Below, in pieces: positions 23,401 to 32,807 of a stretch of DNA of 64,000 nt. Each line of letters begins with the position of its first letter. Within the stretch, counting starts at the first letter, position 1. The position numbers were made by a program, and so were the translations under genes. The notes under the pieces were generated by a model. That model saw only the letters and a program-made list of their open reading frames with translations, had not been told where the DNA came from and did no database searches. Origin of the DNA: Haplodiscus bocki (lineage: Eukaryota); contig OZ296655.1 in the NCBI GenBank assembly GCA_965655095.1, positions 14,632,001 to 14,696,000 of the forward strand, in the 5' to 3' direction.

Positions 23401-24784
23401 AGTAGCGAGAAAAACACTTTTAACTAGAAACGTAATTTAACAAATCTTCGATTTTTCAAACACAAGATAAGATATCTCGAAAGACAAGTTTAAAATAAAC
23501 CATCTAGGCAGCTTTTCGGAAGCTCACGGTAACGCGTAGTTGAATCAGCACTGGATGGCCACAATCCAGCCCATAGACATCGAGGAAAACACTTTTATTG
23601 AGTGACGTAATTCAAAAATTGGGACGGTTACATGTTTCTGAGTGCTAAAAACAAATTATGCTCTGATTATTGATGAGAAAAAACTAAATCTGCATACATC
23701 AATCTGATTATTCTCAATAATCCAGAAAGTGTCTTTTTGCATACAACCATAACTACAATTTGATTTCCCATGAAAAATTAGGCACCATTCAAAAGGAATT
23801 TATCGCATAAATATTTCATTGGCCACCAGTGATTGCAATCATGGAGCCAAAAACTATGGGAAGTAATAAAACACAATCAATGGTGAACTCTGGTGATCAC
23901 AATACCCGAGGTAGTCACGTTGAGCAGATCAGTCAAAACAACTGGCAACACCCAGATGAAAATTCTGCAATTTCGGATATGGAATGGGTATCACAGAATG
24001 AATAAATCGTACAAACATCAGTTTTTCCGTAGATAAGATAGAAGCCGCAGAAACTCCATTGAAACGAAACTATAACTGCTTTGACGTGATTACGGTTTGA
24101 AGTACGATTCTTTTTGCATCAAAGGCATAAAATGGATTCACCTCAAGTAAAAGAACAAGTATTGAGCTTACCTTGGTTTTCAGAGAGTGATAAGTTAGTT
24201 CTTGCAACAGAAGCAGCACTAGTACGACTCTGATGGTTCTCATTGGGATGATGTTTCACTTTGTTCTGCTTTTCATCTGGCAATAATATATCAGAAATCC
24301 TGTTTTTCCTGCTCTGTTGAAGAGATTGCGCATACTCCAGGGCTGGCAATGGATCTACACACAAAATAAGGTAAACTGATCAGATTACACTACCCAAAGT
24401 CAAAAATTATAGCTGTTATTTAATTACAAAGACAAACTCCATGTATAAACTAACCGGCGACTTCGATTATCTTTTTGTAAACAGAAAGGAACCCTGCTTC
24501 AGCCGCTTTGCTGCGATTGGTCAAGTCATCGATCTAAGGGTTGAAGAAACTGACATCAATTCGGACACCAACGTGATCGAACATCGAGAGCAGTTTTTTG
24601 AAATAAAGTTTCGATAAAGTCTTACCTCATTCTGAAAGTTTTTAAGTAGAACAGCCACCTGTTTTTTGGTCTCTGCAGAAGCATTCTTCTTGAAATTCTT
24701 GCTCTGTTCAATCAGCCTTTTTCTGCTCAACTCGCTGCATTCTTGCCTCTCAGACAACTCGGAAGCTATTTGGTCTAACTCCGC
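11385..24784 (-). CDS. cux: Cut/Cux-family transcription factor (CASP-type N-terminal coiled coil + CUT repeats), multi-exon; 5' exon not located
   Basis: Exons 24784-24626, 24533-24455, 24354-24172, 22958-22729, 15869-15698, 15113-14616, 14176-13776, 13702-13553, 13229-12665, 11911-11579 and a candidate terminal exon 11479-11385. All have AG/GT ends with matching phases (2865 nt, open frame). Peptides match the CUX1/CASP N-terminus ([46 protein letters not shown]) and CUT domains ([27 protein letters not shown]). Confidence 0.93.
11579..11911 (-). CDS. cux: Cux exon: CUT repeat 3
   Basis: ttccAG|TG ... G|GTGAGT. Encodes [67 protein letters not shown]. Confidence 0.95.
12665..13229 (-). CDS. 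cux: Cux exon: end of CUT repeat 2 plus S/P-rich linker
   Basis: ttcAG|GAG TCT TAC ATC CGA ATG ([10 protein letters not shown] completes CUT2) ... A|GTTAGT. Confidence 0.92.
13553..13702 (-). CDS. cux: Cux exon: CUT repeat 2 core
   Basis: tttAG|GTG ... CAA|GTATGT. Encodes [50 protein letters not shown]. Confidence 0.95.
13776..14176 (-). CDS. cux: Cux exon: linker and start of CUT repeat 2
   Basis: ttcAG|AA ... CAG|GTGGGC. Contains [13 protein letters not shown] (cf. CUX1 AIKSILEQAKREL) and [18 protein letters not shown] leading into CUT2. Confidence 0.88.
14616..15113 (-). CDS. cux: Cux exon containing degenerate CUT repeat 1
   Basis: ttcAG|AT GGA ... AGA G|GTGCGT. C-terminal part [64 protein letters not shown] follows the CUT helix pattern. 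Confidence 0.8.
15698..15869 (-). CDS. cux: Cux exon: end of coiled coil
   Basis: cattAG|AAG ... A|GTTAGC. Encodes [16 protein letters not shown]...[17 protein letters not shown] (cf. RAEVAQREAETLREQL...PDVEQAIEVLTRSSLEV). Not called in the ORF track. Confidence 0.8.
16700..18550 (+). repeat. Ancient degenerate tandem array, ~165-190-bp unit, in Cux intron
   Basis: Recurring (a)tggaagaa at ~17097, 17290, 17626, 17790, 18306 and t(t)tgca(c/t)ttttt(g)g at ~17325, 17515, 17680, 17848, 18177, 18369. Confidence 0.6.
18728..18757 (-). repeat. tRNA-derived SINE fragment interrupted by the hAT insertion
   Basis: gagggattcgaaccc = reverse-complement B box (GGGTTCGAATCCC) directly beside the hAT TSD. 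Confidence 0.5.
18758..19431 (-). mobile_element. Non-autonomous hAT DNA transposon (BED-finger fragment)
   Basis: 13-bp TIRs caggggtgcgtaa (18758-18770) / ttacgcacccctg (19419-19431). 8-bp TSD cctatcac / cttatcac. AT-rich subterminal repeats (caataaattatt). Internal [13 protein letters not shown]...[25 protein letters not shown]-type zinc finger. Confidence 0.9.
20045..20390 (+). repeat. Interspersed repeat family (other copies ~20630-20800, 23025-23080, 27470-27850), possibly a non-autonomous Helitron/HINE type
   Basis: Shared text gaagctgcgcttcg..cacttgcg..aacggaatac(c/t)agtgaaca.atcgaacaa. Palindromic start; hairpin followed by CTAGT in the 23030 copy. Confidence 0.55.
20895..20965 (+). 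repeat. tRNA-like SINE head
   Basis: A box tggcagtcagtag and B box ggttcgactc at tRNA-like spacing; no proper cloverleaf. Confidence 0.55.
22338..22406 (-). repeat. tRNA-like SINE head
   Basis: Minus strand gggctagtggttaa ... ggattcgaatccc (A and B boxes). Confidence 0.55.
22729..22958 (-). CDS. cux: Cux exon: coiled coil
   Basis: ttcAG|AG GCG ACT ATC. Encodes [18 protein letters not shown]...[11 protein letters not shown] (cf. EVTIKALKEKIREYEQTL...EHKVQSLQTA). Two possible donors (exon end 22734 or 22729); 22729 keeps frame with the next exon found. Confidence 0.88.
24172..24354 (-). CDS. cux: Cux exon: coiled coil
   Basis: gtAG|AT CCA ... CAA G|GTAAGC. Encodes [13 protein letters not shown]...ENQ (cf. 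DPVPALDLGQQLQ). Confidence 0.9.
24455..24533 (-). CDS. cux: Cux exon: coiled coil
   Basis: cttAG|ATC ... G|GTTAGT. Encodes [26 protein letters not shown] (cf. [26 protein letters not shown]). Confidence 0.92.
24626..24784 (-). CDS. cux: Cux exon: N-terminal coiled coil
   Basis: ttttAG|GCG ... GAG|GTAAGA. Encodes [53 protein letters not shown], matching CUX1 [34 protein letters not shown]. Confidence 0.93.
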
Positions 24785-26499
24785 CTAAAATTCAAGTTCA
24801 GCCTTAGACTACATGAACAGAATTCTTAGTCAAATCAATGAACTATTTTGATCAAGGCATCAGTTTCAAAATTTCACACTTTCTAATTTCTAACATCGAC
24901 ACTTCCAATTGGATACCAAACAAAGTCAAGCAACCAGGTCAAAAGACTCAGAAAAAAAATTGAATTCAAACTATCAAAATTTCCAGGTACATCTAATGAA
25001 TTATCATACAAATCCGTATGTAACTTAAACTCGAGTTGCTCATCGATTGTTCCTCATCTATACAGTGAATTTGCCGTTCCAGCCATCACAATTTGAAGGC
25101 ATTTGATGCATGGGTAGACCATAGCATAGAGAACCTGCGTCATGGAATTCACTTTTACCCATACCCATATGGAAGCAGTCGCGCATTGATAATTTGAAGT
25201 TGACCGTTTTGAGTTTCCTCTAGTGAAATTCATTTTCAAGCGCTTTTGCTCAGCATCAATAGATTTTAACTTCACTTCGTTGAATGGTACTTCCTGACTT
25301 GCACTCACTATCCTCAGCTCAATTTTTATGCGATTTAAGTCAGTTCTGTGATCCACAGAATCAACCTCTTCGGCCAAAACAGTAGAAATGACAGCATCAG
25401 AAGCCCTAATTGATTTTCAAAGTTCAAGTTTTTTGATATATGCATAGGGGGTATCACAAAAATGTTTGCCTCCGGAGAATTTCCCGCTATATCCGAAAAA
25501 GGGCATCACAACAAATTTTGGTCTCTTTGGTTCCGAAAATTCTCTGGTATACGCAGAGAGGGGGCATCACGAGCATTTGAAACGTTCGATGTCTGGGGGA
25601 ACAATCATACCAGAAAATGCAAAAGCGTCCGAATTGGAACAGTTCGATATGAGCTATCTTATTTTCTTAACTTATAAAAAAATTCGATGTAACTGACCCG
25701 ATCATCCGAAAAATTCAGCGGCCACACAGTATACCGTTAAACGAAGAAACGCTGCCCTCACGCATGAAGGTCCAAAAACACCATAAGTTGATGTTCGGTA
25801 ATGCTATTGGAAGAATGACATCACATTCTTCAGTGAAATAATCGCAAAGAATGCAAGCAAATCCTTACAAACTAGCAAAAAATGTACTGAAAAACAAAAA
25901 AAATGTGAACATAGACGAAATTAAAATTTCGCAGCACATCGGAACTTGAAAAACCACAAGATCAGAAATCACTTCCTAGAAATATATATATTAGGAAGAA
26001 AATTTAAAGATCCTCCAAGGCATTTAACACCCACGTCGGAGACGAAATTGGCACTTTTCGAATTATGAGACCAACTGTAAATCAAATCGAGAACATAGTC
26101 GCGCATGGCGGATGTGACTTAGGAAAAATTCGGGGATAATCATAAAGTCCACCTTAGCCCCCAGTCCGTTTTCCGCGAATTGGGAAAAATGACTTCCAAA
26201 GTTGAGGGGTTTACACATTTATTTATGTGAAAACTGACTGACGAACAGGACAATTTTGTTTTATTTGCGCGCTATCACCGCTACTATGATAGTCCGGATG
26301 GACCCTCCAGTACTCCCACGCAGCATTTGCTGCGTTTTGAATCTTTTTCAAATTTTTCGAATGTCGCACAAATTCCTCAATTCGTTTTGAACCATCTGGA
26401 CTCCCATAGACCTGTTTGGAAATCAAATCGAGTTGAATGCTGATTTGTGATCGAAGGAAGGACCCCCGCACAAATGTCTGGAGTTTTGGCTCTATTTCA

Positions 26500-26660
26500 A
26501 CGTCTTAGCAAAATTTTGCATCTCTAACTCGTCATGTCGCATTTTGATGTAACCTCCAATTCCACAATGCAGGGAATGGGTAACATAGAGAGCTTCTCCA
26601 CAGGGACATCTCGAGGGTGTTTTTTGGCTCCCAGGCGTACCTCACAACTTATTGGAAACT
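26500..26660 (-). mobile_element. Remnant of a CRE-like (REL-endonuclease) non-LTR retrotransposon C-terminus
   Basis: Frameshifted RYAWEPKNTL-CPCGEALYVTHSLHCGIGGYIKMRHDEL: zinc knuckle plus RHD/RHN motif typical of REL-type LINEs. Confidence 0.7.
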
Positions 26661-27149
26661 CACCAATTAATGCCCATTTTTCAGATCATGATGTCGAAGC
26701 GAATCCAAAAAAGCCGGACGCTGACGGAAAATGACAATGGCACTGCCAATGTAAAATTTTGAGAAGACAGGAAGGATCCGGCTGGACCAAACTCCGGGCG
26801 CATATGGTACCACAACATCCGGAGTCGCCTGACGGTCACGAGAGGAAAAGCCTGAAGCCGGACATTTCACGCTTTTAAAGCCCACATTGGGAGTTAATAG
26901 CACAAAAGCTCAAAATGCAGACTTTGAAAAATGTATCGATGCTTCTGTTTGCGATGAAGACCTTACAAAGGTAAAACATTGATCGACGCTCTGTTTGGAC
27001 TCTGTTCGATGAAACGTTGCGCAAGTTCAAAGAAGACGCGGCTCTATGCGAGAAAATGGCCAGTGCAAGATCCGAGGACAACCAGAAAAAGAACAGACAA
27101 ACGACTATTTCGCCTCTATAATCCTTCAAAAGAAAGCAAGGGTGACAAT

Positions 27150-27300
27150 TACATCAGTGTATCACAATTTGGAGTTCTTATTGCCAATGTCTAACGTGGA
27201 AACACTCTTCGGCTCTGCTGGTTTGGCACTGTCGAATGATTAGCGACACCGTCTAACCCCCGAGCACTTGGAGCAGCGGCTTTTCCTCAAAGCTACGTAA
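27150..27300 (+). mobile_element. hAT transposase C-terminal dimerisation domain remnant
   Basis: FLLPMSNVETLFGSAGLALSND*RHRLTPEHLEQRLFLKA matches the hATC pattern (S..ER.FS.AG.....R.RL....LE.L.FLK). Confidence 0.75.
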
Positions 27301-28949
27301 CCTCTGCACGATCGATACTGGGTGCAAAGTTAGCAACAAGTCTTGCACTAGTTTTTTGTGTCTGTTTCACAAGAGCATACATAACTTGTTCTTTGAAAAT
27401 ACAAACTCAATTAATTTTTTTGAATTTTCTTTTCATTATTGCCAATATGTTTTGGAACACTATTTTCTGCTACACAAAGGGGAAGCTGCGTCCAACACTC
27501 GCGTCAACGGAATACTAGTGAACATATCGAACAATGATAACTGATTTTTGAAGAGGCCATGGTACAAATTTACTGATTTAAACAATTGAAGAGAAATTCA
27601 ATTAATTAAAACAGTTGACTTTTTGTAAGTTTAAGACAAGCGCACACGCTGGAAATTAAGCCACGTGAAATTTTTTTCAATTGCGCGTTAAATATTTGCA
27701 CGAAAGCCAGAGCAAATGAACATTTTTTTCAAGAAAGCGAGAGCGCATGAACAAAAATAGGAATATTAGAATCAAGGAACAAATGCGAGTTGTGAACGGA
27801 TCGGAGAAGTCCGCAGAAGCCTGTGATATAGCACTTGCTTGCGCATTTATTGGTAATGTTTTTCAAAAAAGTAATTGCAAGGAATTGTTGAAAATCATCC
27901 CTGCTCCGGAGTTTGAACCGTCAAACCCTGAAGGAAGATCTGCTAGTATAGTTTGATATTAACCTATCGATTCCACTTATGACATTTTCGGACCTTCAAG
28001 TCACGCCTTTTCACAACTTGAAAAATCAAGAAAATGCAACACCCTAGCATGGGAAATTGAACGTAAACCAGGGCAATTATCACGAAGAAGTTCATTATTG
28101 CGTGTTAGTTTTCCCCATAAACTTTGATCACGTGGCAAAAATGCATGTTTCAAAGAAGGAAAAACCCCGTCTTAATACTCGAATTGAAACTCCATTTCAG
28201 CATGTGAAACTTTCTCTTCGAGATGGTGGCTTCTTCCGCGGAGACCAGCATGTTACATTATTATAAATAAAAACTTTAGTAAGCGGCGAATAGACACTGT
28301 TTTTGGTAGTCGTCTAAAAAGTTTCGAGCCACAATAAAGCTGACCTGAAAATAGAGTATGTTGAAATCCTTCCATGATTTGGTGACAGTGCCAAGACTGA
28401 ACGCCATTGAGTTCAGTCAAAACATCCCCAGTTCCTGAAAAGATAGTCAGGGAACTTTTGGTAGTGGTCGGTAGAATCATCATTTTCATTACTTCTTATG
28501 GCTGCACAAGCAATGCATCGAACGTTTCGTTTGTTAATTTTATCATTTAATTGCTTTTGAATTGACTCGTATCCACAAAACTTATAAGAAATTGCTTTAC
28601 AAAAAAATGCAGGTTGTGGTGTTTTGAGCATCTCCCACAATTCGGGCACAACAAAGACCGTCCTTTGCGTTGATTTTCACTACAGCGGCTAGGGTTCCTC
28701 GCAAACCTCCGCACTCAAATGGAGAGACATTGAAGTTCTCCATTCATGATCGGTTAGTTCCAGGTCGACATTTTTGCATCGGACGGTGTTGAGCCAAACC
28801 GATCTAAAAGGGTCTCTGTAAAGTTTGGATGACTCCGGTGGGACCGTTTCCAACAACTCATTGAGCCATAGAGATGGCAGGTTTCATTGGCACAAGAGCA
28901 GCAATACGTTGTGGAAAACGAAAGCGATGTTTTTTTCGACGAGCTGGTA

Positions 28950-31205
28950 AATCAATGAGGTGTTTCTCAGGAACAAGAAAATGTGGTTTAACAGGTATTT
29001 TGCGCTTATCTGCTTTGACTACATCTGGAAACAGCCGTTCTCATAGATGAGATTTAGGGCAGACAAGCATGCAAAGCAGATGTAATACTTTCGAAACAGT
29101 AAAAAATGAACAGCAGAGATAATGAAAGTTTAGGAGGGACACATCGGTTAAAATTCTTCAGGGAAGATTTCAGGAGTTTCACTTCTTTTGTAAGAGCACG
29201 CGTTATGTCTAAAAGTTGGTTGATTTCACTGAGTCTTCGACTGTGCAACAGTTTTTTACTACCTTCTTCCAAAAGCCTCCCGCCTGCTACTGCTTGCGAG
29301 CTTTAGAACGGTAATTCATCTAAGGGGGATTTTGCATATTAGGAGATGAAAACGCATTTGGCAATGAAACTTGCACATTGGCTGGTATATGAGAGCAACT
29401 GGTTAGGTCAGATTGGATTTAAATATTCTTTGTCATCATCTGCATACCACACTCAAGTATAATGATGCAGAAACGACAACCAGCAAAGGATTGTGTGCTT
29501 AATGATGGTGATGTGGCATTAGATTCACGAAAAACGAAATCATCAGATGCAGATGTTATCAAACAAACGCCAGAACCTGAGTTTGTGGCTTGTTCAGTAG
29601 TTGGTGGGGAAACCAGAGAAGCGTCATATACGGAAAACGCACCCAGCGAAGAATCAAAAAACGAACTAGCAGTACACGATGAATGTCCCATACCTGTCGG
29701 GAAAGTTTCGGAACCAATTCGGTACTTGGACAAAACGAGACAACGTTCAAACTGCACAGAATTGAAGACAGAAGGTTCCATTTGGTCCCCTGAAGTAGCT
29801 AAATATGGAGCTTCGATGTTTCATATGAGAGCCACTTGAGGGTTATTTGGATAAGGCAGTGGAATAAATTTTGCCTCAGGAAAAGTAAAAACGGTTTGAC
29901 GGGTTGTCAAAGGTATGTTAAGTATCCACAAGTGTCTTGCCGGTGCCGTAAAGGCATCTGCGAGGAAACGAGAGTCAAAGTATGATAACATGTCGGACAT
30001 AGGTGTAAGTAACGAAAATGGCGATCGGCGGCCTTACTCTGCTTTATCGCTACAGGTTCCAGGACGACAAAAAGTGAATCCTCAGGAAAGAGCGTTATTG
30101 GTAATTGACCTGGTAAAAGAACAGGAGTGGCTTTCAAAAGAATCAGGGGGTAAGCAAACAAAACTGAACGGTAGCTTTTAATACTTGAATGAATCAGAGC
30201 CAAAAGAAAAGACAAAGTATCGAAAATAAAATTAGGCTGCTGATTCGAGAAGAAAAATTGGTTACAAACTCGAAGAGTAAGATAATTCTGTTCACAGCCA
30301 TCAAATTGATATTGGATAAAGGCCCATTTCCTCTTTTGGGTCGATGCAATCTCGGCCTGAATTGCGTTCAGGGCTGACACTTCATTCCTATTCCGGAAAA
30401 AAATTTTGTCAGTGTCAGTAGATAATTCCGTTACAAATTGTGTTAGGACGTCCTGAAAGGCTGAAAGTCTTCATATACTCTCAGCATTGGCTTTTGCTTC
30501 ATCTTGCCAACCGCCAAAAATTCCACGGAGACCGCAAAAATTGGAGCTACCTATAGCAGCACCACCTCCAAAGAGGCCAAGAGCAGCAATGGTAGCTAAA
30601 CTTATACCAGCGCCACGGCGCTGTGGAGCGGTTTGCGGATGAGAGGTGGGACGCAAAATCTTCGAAGTTTTAGACACAAATTACGATAAGTCGTGTCGTG
30701 ATTCCTGAAGATCGTTGCAACCATTGAATATTCAAACCAGAAGAGTTGGACGCAAAATGACTGGACAAATTCAGAGGGCAACTACCAAAGTTAGTTCCCA
30801 CATTGATCAAAACGTTCAATAAGTTGCTCACTATCCGTTGTCACAGACAAGTCATAAGTCCGAAACGGTACCAATAATTCGACATGAATAAACTTATCTA
30901 TTGTTTAAAATTTCACTATGTTTAATGAACAGGCTGATTTTTCCCATTAAATCGTTAGGGTTCTTAGAGGGCTCGATATTATAGGCCCATTGACTTCGTA
31001 GACAAGCAGTAGCCAAAATCAGAAGAAACAGAAGCAGCGTCTTTTGAGTTGAAGCTTTGAATGATGTCGAAGATACTTTACTGTTGAATCGAAATGAAAA
31101 GAATGAACAAAATGTGAGCAGGAATTTTTGCGATTGTTCAAGTTGATCAAAAAGTCGTTTGCTCAACACTTTTACCAGAATTGGCAGTTCTAACATTTTG
31201 AACAA
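28950..31205 (-). pseudogene. env: Orphan env (class-I fusion glycoprotein) of Gypsy element B
   Basis: Signal peptide LLLFLLILATACLRS; basic site PQRR followed by GAGISLATIAALGLFGGGAAIG; heptad region; Cys-rich block CRFCIIILECG; C-terminal hydrophobic anchor. Collinear with env of element C. Confidence 0.8.
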
Positions 31206-31873
31206 ACAAACCGTGACATCTAAGCTGAAAGGTCACATAGGATGAAAAAGTCGTGTTTAGTTTAGAAAATTCCGACTCAATTTTCCGAAAAAAATGCAAA
31301 CATGGGTTCTTTGACTTGGGCTTTGATTGAAAGCGTTTTCGGTCAGAGCTTTCTCAGTATTTTGTTTTCTTGTTTTTTAGGAAAAAAACTAAAAGAAAAG
31401 ATTTCGGATCTCGCAGCTCAAAAAAATGAAAACTTGTACTTTCTGGCTCATTGTTATCTATTTGCTAATATCGCGCATGTTGGGTTGTGACGAAAAAGAA
31501 TGAAGATCACACAAAATTTTGTGCTGTCCCAACGGGACCCCAATCAAAAACAAGAAGGCCAAAATGGTATGGACCGAGAAAAGGCTTCCAATGTATGGGC
31601 CCTTGGTTTTGGGGGAGAATTACAAAAAAAATGTCTGTGGGAACGCTCCTAGTGGTCGTTTTAGCAACATTGATGTGCATGGCTTCTCACTTGTGTTATT
31701 GTATTGCATACGTTGCTTACCAAGTCTTTCGGCAATTGTCGTAGAGAGAAAAAAAAGCAGTAGTACGAGCAGTCATAAACTAATTAACTCCGTCAACTGG
31801 AAAAATTGTGTATGTTGACAGAAAATTTTTTTCTTTTTTGTTTTAAAAAATTGGTTTTTGTTTACTTGTAGTT

Positions 31874-32498
31874 ATCAATGAGTGCTTTTCGGCGAACATC
31901 GTTTTCAAAATTCAATGAGGTATACATCAAATTTTCTCCTTCAGCTGAAGTAAGAATTTTAAGAGCGTTTGATCGTGTTTCATCTGACAGCGACTGATTT
32001 GTCAATGAATCTGTGAACAAAGGGTCAAAATTTAGAACTGAAACTTCTTTTGCGGAAAATAAATAATGAAAATTAGGGTCATACATATCTGAGTTTTGTA
32101 AATTAAATGGATTGGCTGATGTGTGTGGCTCTAAGCGATTTTGGTTGTGAGTTGAACAGAATTTGTCCACCTCTTGAGCTATTTCTTTCTTTTACTTCGC
32201 AATTGCGTGCTGTATGGTTTGGATAACCACAAATGTTGCAAACTTTTTGAATAAATGCGGTGGTTTCAAGGTTTCCGTCATAATTTCCAGAGTTTACTGT
32301 TGCTTCAACATTTGATGCATTTTGTCTGAAGCTATCGTTGTTGTACTTATTGAAGTTGTTGTAATAACTATTAAAAATATTTGAATTCTGTCAATGATAT
32401 TTTCCTCTATGGTAATATCCCCATCGAATATTTCCTCTATGATTGTTTCCATTTCTTCCACGACTCTTTCCTCAATAAATGTTTTCTCTGTTGTTGTA
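31874..32498 (-). repeat. ~625-bp near-identical copy of gag/pro junction 43246-43873
   Basis: Direct repeat, roughly 95% identical by eye (MYDPNFHYLFSAKE(V/I)SVLNFDPLFTDSLTNQSLSDETRSNAL in both). Confidence 0.95.
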
Positions 32499-32807
32499 CG
32501 AAACTTCAAAGAAGCAAGAGCCATGTAGTGGTACCAGAAAGAAAAAAAACAAGTTATGTATTCCAAAATATTTGAAGTATCCCGAGAAATTGGGGAGTCT
32601 CAATCCAAAGTATGTCCAAGAATATCCAAAGCATAAAATGTTGAAAAACTTGCCAACACACAGCCATCCAGTCCAATTAGGAGTCTTATGTATTTGAGAA
32701 ATATAAACATGCACTTACAGTTGGACTGACTAAATAAACGATTTCAGATGAACAAGCAAAGAAAAGAAAAAATTCATGATTAAACAATTGAATAGAAAAG
32801 TAGGAAT

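Noticed and set aside
20895-27960. tRNA-like sequences at ~20900, ~22370 and ~27900 as real tRNA genes
   Set aside because: A and B boxes are present, but acceptor and anticodon stems do not pair; treated as SINE heads or pseudogenes.
31213-31860. 3' LTR of element C (TGTGACG start at ~31486)
   Set aside because: No visible similarity to the 5' LTR at 45321-45814 and no clear polypurine tract or TSD.
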